Shown: positions 1 to 12,070 of the stretch, piece after piece
How the letters are laid out: the number at the start of each line of letters is the position of its first letter
Numbering within the stretch: position 1 is the stretch's first letter
Source of the DNA: Octopus sinensis
Lineage: Eukaryota
DNA length: 28,540 bases
NCBI RefSeq assembly: GCF_006345805.1
Contig: NW_021833512.1
Span: forward strand, 1 to 28,540
Reading direction: 5' to 3'
Notes under the pieces: generated by a model
The model's input: the letters and a program-made list of their open reading frames with translations, nothing else
Databases searched by the model: none
Told to the model about the DNA's origin: nothing
Translations under genes and position numbers: made by a program

Positions 1-111
1 TTATTAATAAATAGAGGAGAACAGGTGCTTTTGCTGTTCGGTGGGAAATGTAGAGGAACGAAACTGAGGAATATTAACATGTTAAATTGCTGGCTGGAGC
101 GAAGGTATCGG

Positions 112-118
112 AAGATGG

Positions 119-179
<61 letters not shown>

Positions 180-620
180 CATGATCATGACGACGACAAC
201 GATGATGATTTAATGGTGATGATGATGATTATGATAACGATGATGACGATGATGATGATCATGACATTGATGGTGATGAAGACGATGATGGAGAGGTGAT
301 GATGGTGACGATGAGGATGGCTGTGTGTTTGTTGTGGCAGTGATGCTGGTAATGAATGATAGTGTACATTATGATAAAGGTGGCAGTGACGGTGGTGGTG
401 GTGGTGCTTCTGCTGGTGGTGGTAGTGGTGGTAGTGTTGTTGTTGGTGGTGGTGGTGGTGTGGTGGTTGGTGGTGCTGCTGCTGCTGCTGTGGTGGTGGT
501 GGTTGTGGTGTTGGTGGTGGTGGTCGTCGTCGTGATGGTAGCCGTGAATGTTTTAGTAGCAGAAGTGGTAATGTTGGTGGTGGTGGTCATGGTAGTGATG
601 GTTTTACTACTGTTTATTTT
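112..620. repeat. Trinucleotide low-complexity block, (GAT)n then (GGT/GTT/GCT)n
   Basis: Directly visible repeats; the poly-M, poly-D, poly-V and poly-T ORFs here are their translations. Confidence 0.95.
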
Positions 621-840
621 CTTGTTGTTGGTGTTGGTGGTAGAGATTGTTCTATTCTTGTAATAGATGGCGTTGCTGTTGTTAATGTTGGTAGTAGTGG
701 TGGAGATGATGATGGTTTGATGATAGTGATTGAGTTTATAGAGGCGGCGGTGGCGGCGGCGACAGGAGTGGATGTGCGGGTGGTAGGGTTTGTCATTGCT
801 AATGGTGTGATTGGTGATGGCGAACTAACAATAATGCTTG
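614..840 (-). CDS. Candidate S/T/P-rich coding exon of an unidentified host gene (3' part of ORF 614-961)
   Basis: Stop-free minus frame (ASIIVSSPSPITPLAMTNPTTRTSTP...). A pyrimidine-rich acceptor, catcttttcctgtctgcccgggcag, precedes 840. An alternative ATG in AAAAATGG context lies at 961. No recognisable domain. Confidence 0.2.
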
Positions 841-963
841 CTGCCCGGGCAGACAGGAAAAGATGCACTAACGATATAATGTTTCCAGAGCTTTGATCTA
901 CGAAATATGATGGCCGCCAGTTCTGCTGTAAATTCATCGATAAATTAATAGGGGACGCCATTT

Positions 964-1017
964 TTACTTATTATACACACGCACACAGACACGCACACAT
1001 GCACTCACACACACACT

Positions 1018-1087
<70 letters not shown>

Positions 1088-2123
1088 GCGAATATATGTG
1101 TATACGTATATATATGTATACGTATATACATATATATATATACACACATACACACACATATATATATAAACACATACACATATATGTGAATACATATATA
1201 TATATGTATCTATGTATATATATATACATACAGTTGCATGCATATATCTACATGTATATATATTTGCATAATATATGTATATTATATATAATTATATACA
1301 TATATACTTTATATATACATATGTAGGTGTAAACATTTTATATATATATGTATTTATGTATGTATATACCAACAAATGCAAAGAAATGCGTGTATTTATA
1401 TATAAATATATATGTATATATGTGGTGTGTATGTGTGTATACATGTTGGATATATATATATATAGATATATATATATATATATTATATATATAATATATA
1501 TATATATATATTGGCACAAAGACATACATACACACACTTACGCACAAAGATATGTCTTTCTACGTACTCGGCTGTATGTGCACGTAAATGTGTGTGTGTT
1601 TCATTATGTGCCTGCGTGTGGGTATGAATGTGTGTATGCGCATGCGTGCGTGCATAACACAGCTGACGGCTACACGTGTTAACACAGTAAGAAAACTGCG
1701 CAAAACAATTGGTCATTGCGCCATCTTGAATACACAAGAAATAGATGAGACAGAGCAATGACGACGACGACGACGACGACGATGACGAAGAAGACAACGA
1801 AAGCGACGACGACGGCGGTGATGATGAGGATGACGATAAGACATAACATCCTCGAAACAGAGACAAAGAATAAAAATGAAAAAAAATGTAAAAAGAAATA
1901 AACAAAATATAAAGTCATGGAGACCACAATAGAACTTTAACATCAAACACTACAGCAACAGTGAGCTAAAATGATGTAGAATGATTAATTCATACATACA
2001 TATATATATATATATATTATATATATATATATATACATTCGTGTGCATATATGTATGCATAAATGTGCAATACATGTTTGCACGCATGCATTGCCCAATA
2101 TGTATGTACGTATGCATCTATAT

Positions 2124-2154
<31 letters not shown>

Positions 2155-2225
2155 CGTGTATTATGTATGTTTATATAAATATATTTATACATATGTATAT
2201 ACACAGCCGTACATATATATCTATG

Positions 2226-2259
<34 letters not shown>

Positions 2260-2520
2260 CATCATTATTTATATATACATTTTATATATATAAATATTTG
2301 ATATATACATACTTACATATCTTATAAATCTGCACATACATATATATTATGCATACGCATACACACACATACACACACACACACATACACTCACACACGC
2401 ATATACGTACAGATATATGTATATATATATATATGTATGTATATATATTATTTATATATGCATTATATATATATATACATATATACATACATATATACAG
2501 GCACATACATACATAATGTG

Positions 2521-2554
<34 letters not shown>

Positions 2555-2572
2555 TTATACATATACACACAC

Positions 2573-2653
<81 letters not shown>

Positions 2654-3640
2654 GTAAAATAGGCAAGACGGAAAGAAAGATGCATAGAGAAAGAAGAAGA
2701 GAAGGAAGTTAAAGAGAAAACAAGGAAAGAATATTAGGAAGAAAAAGAGAAGAAGAAGAAAGGAAGGGACGAAGAAAAGGAAGAGAAAAGAATGCAAGGA
2801 AGGAAAATTGATATGTGGCGAATAATATAAGAAATAATTGAAAGACAGAGCAAATGCGTCAAATGAAATCCGTGTACAACAATATTTAGATTGGATTCTC
2901 TGCGGTCGATGGCGAAGATTTGTACGTCTCCAAAATGGCGGACAAGAGTAAATTGAGGGGGAAAAATATTATAGGAAAAAAATGATGTCGAAAGAATAGT
3001 ATGTCGCGCCATCACGGCCGGGACAATCATTAGAACAAATGACACTACGACAGTCTGTCTATATATATATATGTGAATGTGTGTATGTGTGGGTGTGTAT
3101 ATGGGTGTGCAGTATTTGCGTATCTGTGTCGGTATTTATCTCTGGGTCACGGTGAATGTGTTTGTGTGTGCATGCGTGTGTGTGTGTGTATGTGTGTGTG
3201 TGAGTGTGTGTGTGTTTGTGTGCGTGCTTGTCTGTGTGTGTATAGTATTATATTTTTACATATATACTCGTACATATATGTATGGACGTATTTGTAAACA
3301 TTATATATATGTGTGTGTATATGTGTAAATACATGTATGTATGTACATGTGTGTGTGCGTGTGCGTGCGTGTGTGTGTGTGTGTGTACGTGCGTGTCTGG
3401 GTGTGTATAGTATTATATTTTTACATATATACTCGTACATATATGTATGGACGTATTTGCAAATATTATATATATGTATGTATGTACGTGTATATACATG
3501 TATATATGTACATGTGTGTGTATTCATGTGTATATATATATATATATAAATACACATGCATGTATGTGTGACTTCTGTGTGTGTTTGTGTGTGTGCGTGT
3601 GCGTGTCTGTGTCTTATTCATGAATGTATATATAAAGTAT
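964..3640. repeat. Compound (CA)n/(TA)n/(TG)n microsatellite fields interrupted by short unique islands at about 1640-1980 and 2660-3055
   Basis: Directly visible dinucleotide arrays. Includes a 165-bp local tandem duplication, with copies starting at 3241 and 3406 (tatagtattatatttttacatatatactcgtacatatatgtatggacgtatttg). Confidence 0.95.
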
Positions 3641-4384
3641 GCTAGAAGAACCAGCATGAAACGCTAGGGTAATGTGAACAGTAGAATCCCTTCAACAAAG
3701 TAGACCCAACCTAAGCGAGTAATTTGGCTCTTAATGTGTTACCCACTAAGAAGGCCGGGGCGCCTCCAAGTTATTTACTTTTGGTTGCTTCTTCGCTGAA
3801 ATATTTCATGCCAACATTTTCAGCATATTCAGATGTCACAAATGTGCTGGGTGTTGTGACCACTCCTCTATCAGATACTAGTTGCGTATATTTATACATT
3901 CCTACGTTTGAGTTCGTTCGTACTTCCAAACTCTGTTTCATAATGCTTCTGCCTCTGTCTTTAAGCTGTCAGTTCTCTCATATATTTCCAGCAGTGCCTT
4001 ACAAACACTGAAAACGGGAGAATTACTAGAAAAAGGAATTAATATACAAGAAAATAGTACATGATGGGCAAACCGATAAAAGTATATCGGGTGAAAAGCA
4101 AATACATAAAGTAGGATATAAACCACACTTACACTCATTTAGCAATCGGATGCTAGTGTCTCTATCCAAACGTATTTTTATCTTAAATATAAATGTAAAT
4201 TGCTGTAACCACGGGAGGACGAAAGTACTGTGGCAATAGCCATTAAAGTATACTACTAACACCAACAACGAGTACATGTGTATGTGTGTGTGTGCGTGCG
4301 CGCGCGTGTGTGTAAGATCAGAAGAGCGGGAAGCATAATTTCTCTTCTATGTCTTGCACTATGCTTTGTACCAATTTTATACAT

Positions 4385-4633
4385 TTATTCTTTTATTTGT
4401 TTTAGTCATTCGATTGCGGCCATGCTAGAGCACCGTATTTAGTCAAACAAATCTACTCCAGGACTTATTCTTTGTAAGCCTAGTACTTATCCTACCGGTC
4501 TCTTTCGCCGAACCGCAGGGACGTAGACACACCAGCATCAGTTGTCAAGCGATGGTGGGGGGACAAACAGAAACACAGAAATATATATATACATATAAGA
4601 ATTTTTTGCATAATGAGATAAAAAACCAAGGCT

Positions 4634-4667
<34 letters not shown>

Positions 4668-4810
4668 ATATATATAGAAAATCAACCCAAAAGTCTTTGG
4701 CCGGTCTATAGTCTATAGTAGAAGGCACTTGCCAAAGGTGCCACGCAGTGGGACTGAACCCGGAACGATGTGGTTGGTAAGCAAGCTACTTACCACACAC
4801 CCACTCCTAC
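4385..4810 (-). mobile_element. SINE family B, near full length: tRNA-like head, CORE-like segment, internal microsatellite and 3' tail
   Basis: Minus strand reads gtaggagtgg..gtgtggtaagtagcttgc (A-box-like), gggttcagtccc (B-box-like) and gtggcacctttggcaagtg (resembles the MIR/CORE motif gtgaccttgggcaagt). A TA/TG tract and tail follow. Homologous pieces recur at 5953, 6157, 6322, 9752, 13052, 16683 and 27905. Resembles octopus OR-type CORE-SINEs (from memory). Confidence 0.85.
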
Positions 4811-4933
4811 AAACATTGTTTTAAGGTGAAATCTAATACTAATCATTTTTTGCTTTTTATTTAATTCCAACTTAATCTACTCGAAATAATGAAAGGGAAT
4901 TTAGTATAAATTGATGTATGTGTGTGCCTCTGT

Positions 4934-4975
<42 letters not shown>

Positions 4976-5145
4976 ATGTGTATGCGTGTCTGGTCTGTGT
5001 ACATATGTATGTATGCATGCATGCATGTGTATATATATATATATATATATATTTTATATATATATATATATAATATATAATATATGTATGTAATATATAT
5101 TATATATAATATTATATATATATATATATATTATATAATATATAA

Positions 5146-5430
5146 TATATAATATAATTCGAGACAAAACCACTATTTTAAAACCAAACAAGGAAAGACT
5201 TAATCAATACATAAAATTTTAATATAAATTAAATAAACCGCCACTACAAATGTTTCATGTCTGCTACCGACAATCTTCAGGTGGATTTTCGATCTTCTAA
5301 TCAGTATCAAATTTTGAAGACATGAAACATTTGTAGTGGCGGTTTATTTAATTTATATTAAAATTTTATGTATTGATTAAGTCTTTATTGTTTGGTTTTA
5401 AAATAGTTTTGTCTCGAATTATATTATATA
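5146..5430. mobile_element. Fold-back of two inverted Penelope-type terminal fragments (arms 5146-5262 and 5318-5430)
   Basis: Arms of about 115 bp are reverse complements apart from a few small indels, with a 55-bp spacer. The left copy carries a hammerhead fold. Outward-pointing inverted termini are typical of Penelope-like element insertions. Confidence 0.7.
5241..5284 (-). ncRNA. Minimal type I hammerhead ribozyme motif (Penelope-type)
   Basis: Minus strand reads CCAC-CUGAAGA-U-UGUC(GGUAGCA)GACA-U-GAA-ACAUUUGU-A-GUGG. Stem I is CCAC/GUGG, core boxes are intact, stem III is short and near-palindromic, and the cleavage triplet is GUA. The base of stem II is a non-canonical U-U. Confidence 0.7.
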
Positions 5431-5952
5431 ATATTTTACTATAAAATTGGATTTAACCCTAAATCTGATTTTTCCCTGTAATTTTGGATTCATTCCCTAA
5501 TATTTATAATTATATATATATATATTACTCTCACTGCAATTACGTATTTATTCACATATACACGCACACATATATACACAAACACATACATATGTACGAA
5601 CTTGCGTACGAGCGCTTGCGTACATGATTGTGTGTGTGTGTGTGTGTGGTTGTGTGCGTGTGCATATGTATGTGTTTCTGTGCGTGTGTGTCTGTGTATA
5701 CATACCAATGTACATATGTACGTGCATAACTAAAGAAGCGTTTGGGGAGCATTACGTGATTCTCAAGTGTGACACGATTTGAACGTATTGTCATTTTTAT
5801 TTGAAACATTCTCATTGTTGAGGCAGGTGTCACAATAAAAATGGCGTATAGTTTAAAAACCCATCTTCCTGAAAAACCCAAACAAAATGCTTGTTAGGTT
5901 TGTAAGTACTGTGTATACGTCTATATATTTACTCGTTCTCTCAAACTACATA

Positions 5953-6407
5953 GACGCAGTCGTGGCTGTGTGGTAAGAAGTTTGCTTCTCAAGCACATGA
6001 CACCGGGGATAACTGTCTTCTGCTATAGCCTCGGGCCGACCAAAGCCTTGTGAGTGGATTTGGTAGACAGAGATACACACACACACACGCACACACACAT
6101 ACACACACACACATACACACACACATATATATATATATATGCACACAAATATGACAGGCTTCTTTCAATTTCCGTTTAACAAATTCACTCACAGTTTTAG
6201 TCGGTCTGAAGCTATAATAGATGACACTTGCCTAAGGTGCCACGCAGTTGGACTGAATACAGCCCTATGGGTCTTGGATACAGTACAGCCACCTAGATAT
6301 ATGTATATATATATATACGATGGGCTTCTTTCAGTTTTCTTCTGCAAATTTCACTCACAAGGCTTTGGTTGGACCGAGGTTATACACTTGCCCAAGGTGC
6401 TACGCGT
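5953..6407. mobile_element. Cluster of three partial SINE B copies (5953-6072 plus; 6157-6295 minus; 6322-6407 minus)
   Basis: Share ctatagcctcgggccgaccaaagccttgtgagtggatttggtagac and cacttgcccaaggtgccacgc (or their complements) with the 4385-4810 and 13052 copies. Confidence 0.8.
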
Positions 6408-6773
6408 GCATCTTATTTACTTATATTGTGAGTTGTTGAATTGATCAGATCCGTATATTTATATATAACGTACGGTATAATTATATGCAGGGAAAATTTT
6501 AGCCATTTCTCCGCAGACTGAAAAAAAAATGTAAAAAACAGCCTTCACCGATTTTCAAACCTTATTGGGTTCCCGTTACAGGAACCTAGATCATTCTGAC
6601 GGTCACCGGGAAAACGAATGGGTAAACTGCTTATATACTCAACAAATGCAGCAGTTACTCTATGAAGGAATCCCTAATTTGCATACCAAAGCTGTTTAAC
6701 ACTCTATAAACACCAGCAACCTGACAACAAGGATCTTAGTCCACACAGTATCAAGGTATGATATAATATATAT

Positions 6774-7195
6774 AAGGCGGCAAGCTGGTAGAAACGTTAG
6801 CACGCCGGGCGGAATGCCTAGCCGTATTTCGTCTGCCGTTACGTTCTGAGTTCAAATTCCGCCGAGGTCGACTTTGTCTTTCATCCTTTCGGAGTCGATA
6901 AATTAAGTACCAGTTACGCACTGGGGTCGATCTAATCGACTTAATCGATTTGTCTGTCCTTGATTGTCCTCTCTGTGTTTAGCCCCTTGTGGGTAGTAAA
7001 GAAATAGAAATAGGTATTTCGTCTGCCGTTATGTTCTGAGTTCAAATTCCGCCGAGGTCGGCTTTGTCTTTCATTCTTTTGGGGTCGATAAATTAAGTAC
7101 CAGTTACGCACTGGGGTTGATCTAATCGACTTAATCCGTTTGTCTGTCCTTGTTTGTCCCCTCTATGTTTAACCCCGTGTGGGCAATAAAGAAAT
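6774..7195 (+). mobile_element. SINE family A (tail type 1): one tRNA-like head plus two tandem bodies, flanked by a 20-bp TSD
   Basis: Head ggcggcaagctggtagaaacgttagc, B-box gagttcaaattcc. The body is repeated from about 7017. aggtatgatataatatatat occurs at both 6754-6773 and 7196-7215. Confidence 0.9.
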
Positions 7196-7729
7196 AGGTA
7201 TGATATAATATATATGTAAAATAGACATGAGATAGGCATATAGATAATATTGGAAATGGTAACCTCCGCTATTCCTCGCCATGGATTATCCCCGAACATT
7301 CTCATTTGAAACTGCTAATGTATATTACCTATCACTCTATTTTTCATTTGATCATGAATCTATCAAACGCATTCCTATCGTACTCTAACCCCACCCCCAA
7401 TCTAAACAAAGTTAGAACACGCCAATATTCTCGACTGGGGATATTCCCTCGCTTGTACATCTCTCTGACTCCCCTCCCTCTCTGATGAAGGTATACTCAG
7501 CCTAAGGAATCCTTATTCAATATTATGATCCATATGCAAGGTTATTCTATAGAGTCTCTACAATTTTTAAATTCTTTGTAAGAGTCTCTACATTTTTTAA
7601 ATTCTTTAATTCGTTTCAGCCTTAAGGCTATGGCCAGTCTGGGGTGCCGCCAGTATATCTATGTATATCTATGTATATTAAATGTCATTTTCAAGTTATG
7701 CCAGACGGTTTGCATTTTCGTTTCTACTT

Positions 7730-7764
7730 TAGATAGATAGCTAGCAGCTAGCTAGCTAGCTAGC

Positions 7765-7800
<36 letters not shown>

Positions 7801-7819
7801 CTAGATAGATAGATAGAAT

Positions 7820-7852
<33 letters not shown>

Positions 7853-7896
7853 GATTAGATAGATAGATAGATAAATAGATAGATAGACGGACAGAC

Positions 7897-7957
<61 letters not shown>

Positions 7958-8149
7958 TAGATAGAGAGATAGAGAGATAGGTAGATAGATACATAGATAC
8001 ATAGATAGACTGATAGATAGGTAGGTAGGTAGGGAGGTAGGTAGGTAGGTAGGGAGGGAGGTAGGTAGGTAGGTATGTAGGTAGGTAGGTAGGTAGGTAA
8101 GTAGGTAGGTTGGTAGGTAAGTAGGTAGGTCGGCAGGTAGGTAGGTAGG

Positions 8150-8205
<56 letters not shown>

Positions 8206-8286
8206 GATAGATAGATAGATAGATAGATAAGTAAGTAGGTAGCTAGGCAGGTAGATAGGTAGGTAGGCAGGTAGGTAGGTAGGCAA

Positions 8287-8351
<65 letters not shown>

Positions 8352-8373
8352 CAGATAGATAGATAGATAGATT

Positions 8374-8415
<42 letters not shown>

Positions 8416-8460
8416 TAGGCAGACGTGTAGGTTGAATGCCTGTGAAGCGATAGATATATA
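7730..8460. repeat. Compound tetranucleotide satellite (GATA)n-(GGTA)n-(GATA)n-(GACA)n
   Basis: Directly visible; source of the spurious 324-aa YLSI ORF. Confidence 0.97.
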
Positions 8461-8892
8461 TATATAAGGAGGTAGTTATAAGCAGGCAAGTAGATAAATA
8501 AAGAAGAAAGATTTGTATAGGAAATATCATGTAAAGGCAGGTAAATAAATGAACGGGCAATGGAGAGAGGTAGAGAGAGAGAGAGAGAGAGAAACAGAAT
8601 GATGGAGAGACAGAGAGATAGAGAAAGAAAGATAGACAGACAAACAGACAGACAGAGAGGCTGTGATTTAATAACGTTGAAACCTTTGCTCCTGAACAAT
8701 GACCAGACAGTTACAAATCTGTCCATCTCATCTCCCACAGATCAACGATACAATGGTTTGGTTTTTTCTTTTCCTCTTTTCTTTTTGTATTTTTCTTGTT
8801 TTTTTTTTTGGTTTTTGGTTTTTGCTTTGTTTGTTTTTGTTCTTTCTATTCAAAAGAAAGAATTAATTACAATCGCGCAACCATTCACTCAC

Positions 8893-8951
8893 CTGCTGCC
8901 CCCAACCTCTTTGTACACGTGACCTACATTGGACCAGGCGACACAACAATA
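8893..8951 (-). CDS. Candidate 59-nt internal exon, YCCVAWSNVGHVYKEVGGS (TPR helix-A-like pattern)
   Basis: Consensus donor CAG|GTGAGT (intron starts at 8892). T-rich acceptor gttgttgtcgtcag. The frame is open, and W-x2-V-G-x2-Y-x3-G matches TPR spacing. No other exon could be linked to it. Confidence 0.3.
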
Positions 8952-9027
8952 CTGACGACAACAACAACAACGACAACAACGACAAAACCTAAAACCTGGA
9001 TGAAGTCGATGATATCGATAGTGTTGT

Positions 9028-9075
<48 letters not shown>

Positions 9076-9257
9076 GGTGGTGGAAATGGAGGAGGAGGAT
9101 GGTGGTGTGGTGATGACATCATCATTGTGTCAATGATGATGATGGTGGTAGTGGTGGTGGTAGCGGATGCGGCTGTCGTAGTAGTAGAGGTGGTGGCGGC
9201 GGCAGCGGTGGTGGCTGTGATAGTGGTACTGGTGACAACGACGGCCACATCGATGCG

Positions 9258-9635
9258 GCGAGCTGGCAGAATTATTAGCACGCCGGGCAAAATGCTTAGC
9301 GGCATTTCGTCCGTCCTTAAGTTCTAAGTTCAAATTCCGTCGGGGTTGACTCAAATGCGTACAAGTTGAGCACTGGGATCAGTGTATTAGACTTGCCCCT
9401 CCCTCGAAATTGCTGGCCTTGAGCCAAAAATTGAAATCCTTATTATTATCATTATAAGAATGAGTTGATTAGCACGCCGGACAAAGTGCTTAATCGCATT
9501 TCTTTCGGCTTTAAGTCCTGAGTTCAATTCCTGTCGAGGTTGACTTTGCCTCTCGTACTCCCGGGGTTAATGAAATAAACACCATTGGAACACCGGAAGT
9601 CGATATTATCGACTTGCCCTTCCCTTCAAATTTTA
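9258..9635 (+). mobile_element. Two diverged SINE A copies (tail type 2, ending toward (ATT)n): 9258-9445 and about 9465-9635
   Basis: gcggcgagctggcagaattattagcacgccgggc head and aagttcaaattcc B-box. The tail ccctccctcgaaattgctggccttgagccaaaaattgaaa differs from tail type 1. Confidence 0.8.
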
Positions 9636-9717
9636 TACACTCACACACACACACACAAACACACACACACGTACACACAAACATATATATATATACACCC
9701 AAATACATATATACGTA

Positions 9718-9751
<34 letters not shown>

Positions 9752-9757
<6 letters not shown>

Positions 9758-9935
9758 TCCCCCACCACCGCTTGACAACAGGTGTTGGTTTGTTTACGCC
9801 CCCGTTATTTAGTGGTTTGGTAAAACAGACCGATAGCATAGGTGTCAGACTTTAGAAAAGTAAAGTATTGGGGTCGATTCAAGGCGGAGCCTCAGCATGG
9901 TTGCAGTCCAATGACTGGAGGAAGCAAAAGATTAT
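9752..9935 (+). mobile_element. Isolated 3' tail of SINE family B
   Basis: gtttgtcccccaccaccgcttgacaac...cagcatggttgcagtccaatgactg is a diverged reverse complement of 4385-4570. Confidence 0.75.
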
Positions 9936-10027
9936 ATACATTGATAGAAATGGTAAGACAACAAAAGAATGAAAAAGATCTCGATATTATGTAAATAGAG
10001 GAATTTATCTGTAAACTTACAGATATA

Positions 10028-10078
<51 letters not shown>

Positions 10079-10124
10079 ATATAATATTAGTAATATATAT
10101 ATATATATACACATATTATATATA

Positions 10125-10152
10125 CTAGGTGAATAGCCCGTCGTTGCCGGGC
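10125..10152 (-). mobile_element. Helitron-type 3' terminus
   Basis: Minus strand: GC hairpin GCCCG(GCAACGA)CGGGC, 7 nt, then CTAG followed by T, in a TA-rich site. This is the canonical Helitron 3' signature. The 5' TC end was not identified. Confidence 0.55.
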
Positions 10153-10199
10153 AATTTTACAATGGAATGTCGTATTAATTTTTGTTTATTCCGTGTCAG

Positions 10200-10790
10200 A
10201 CTATATCTTCCCCGACAGTTTTGTACAATTTTACGCAAAAGAACTTCGTTGATGATTTTTTTTTCCTTTTTTAAATTATTCACATGTCTGTTCCTTTGTT
10301 TCACATTACTTTATTCATTAAACTTTCTTAAAAATTCGTTTCCCATTCAAACTGCTCCAGCCTTTCGAATGTCATACTCACTCTATGTGGCTGAGCATTA
10401 TCCTGATGGAAGATCCCGTTTCGTCTTGAAACCAAAAATGGTCGTTTTTCTTCTAATGCTGGTGTCGATGAATGGTTGAATGGCCAAACCCAAGCTACTC
10501 TGCTAGTTCCTCAACTGTTACGATAGGATTTTGTTCCACTGGATTTGCAGGACGTCCTCGTCGAGCTCTACAGGTCTTCCAGGACGAGGCCTACCTTCTA
10601 GGCTGTAGTTTTCGGCTCAGAATTTCTCGAACCACCGTTGACACTGGATTACGCTTAATGTCCGATCCCATATGCTTCTTTTATATTCCTTGCACTTTCC
10701 GTTGCTTTGTTGCTTTTATTTAAGTCATAAACAAAATATGCTGAATATGCTCCTTTTTAACTTCAATTATAGCTTTGAAAAAATGACTGT
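10200..10790 (-). pseudogene. Decayed, internally deleted mariner (Tc1/mariner, DD34D-type) transposase
   Basis: Minus translations DRTLSVIQCQRWFEKF*AENYSLEGRPRPGRPVELDEDVLQ (mariner N-terminal DNA-binding region) and ALEEKRPFLVSRRNGIFHQDNAQPH...LEQFEWE (HQDNAxPH catalytic motif at 10385-10408). Contains stops, frameshifts and a large deletion. No TIRs seen. Confidence 0.8.
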
Positions 10791-10897
10791 TAACATCGAC
10801 CTGCACTTTACAAAACTTGTACTAAGCATAAGACAAAGATAAAATTACTACCTGCTTTTATAGCAAGTTGATGCAGGTGGTTTATCCTGAAGCCTCC

Positions 10898-11272
10898 GAA
10901 ATTTTGGGGGGGAGGCCAGTCGATTAGATCGACCCCAGTACGCAGCTGGTACTTAACTTACCGTCCGTGAAAGGCAAATTCGACCTCGACGGAATTTGAA
11001 CTCAACGTAAAGACATGAAATTCCCATTTCTTTACTAGCCACAAGGGGCTAAACACAGAGGGGACAAACAAGGACAGACAAACGGATTAAGTCGATTATA
11101 TCGACCCCAGTGCGTAACTGGTACTTATCTAATCGACTCAGTTGCCACAACCACCCGCTGCCGGAGCCTCATGGAACTTTAGGTGTTTTCGCTCAATAAA
11201 CACACACAACGTCCGGTCTGGGAATCGAAACCGCGAGTCCGCTGCCCTAACCACTGGGCCATTGCGCCTCCA
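10898..11272 (-). mobile_element. Composite SINE: family D head (11272-11146), family A body with tail 1 (11137-11024), older family A tail-2 copy (11023-10898)
   Basis: Segment-wise identity to 15120-15240 (D head), 27071-27254 (A body) and 13630-13790 (A tail 2). Confidence 0.75.
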
Positions 11273-11359
11273 TATATAACATTAAACAATGTAGTATATT
11301 CGCCTGTTATATACTTTTATAGACATAACTGCTTATGTACAATAATGTATAGCAGCACA

Positions 11360-11411
11360 GAATGAGTATATAAGTGTGTGTGTGTGCATATATGTGTGTT
11401 TGTGTGTGTGT

Positions 11412-11463
<52 letters not shown>

Positions 11464-11895
11464 TTATATAAAATATATGGATGCCGATACGAATGCGTGT
11501 CTGCATGCATGTATTCATCAACCTTGAGTGAGTAAACAAACTTTTCTTTAGTGCAAACAAACCTGAGTATGTCTAGACACCCACACAACCACACACACAC
11601 ACACATCCACATCCACACCCACACTCATACACACACACACACACACAATCACACACACTCTCTCATACACACACACATGTATAAATGTACTTGGATACAT
11701 ACACACATTCTTTCATTTACAAGCATACGTGCATACCTACACTTCTACCTACCATCATGTGTGCATGAAACATTACTAACCTACATATCTGCACGCCAGT
11801 TTACCTATCTATCTATCTATCTATCTAAATAGATAAATAGATACCGATATATATATATATATATATATATATCGGTATATACATATTTATATATC

Positions 11896-11930
<35 letters not shown>

Positions 11931-11938
11931 ATATATAT

Positions 11939-12017
<79 letters not shown>

Positions 12018-12070
12018 CATACATATATACATACAATCATATGTACACACACACAACGCACACATACACA
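11360..12070. repeat. (TG)n/(CA)n/(TA)n microsatellite fields
   Basis: Directly visible. Confidence 0.9.

Noticed and set aside
7478-7505. ctctgatgaagg, a possible third hammerhead
   Set aside because: No stem II closing onto GAAA and no stem I or III partner; at most a truncated Penelope-like remnant.
7551-7610. 30-bp tandem duplication
   Set aside because: Ordinary local slippage with two copies; no further structure.
7764-8738. 324-aa ORF, the longest in the track
   Set aside because: Translation of (CTAT)n/(CTAC)n repeats (YLSI, YLPT); no coding signal.
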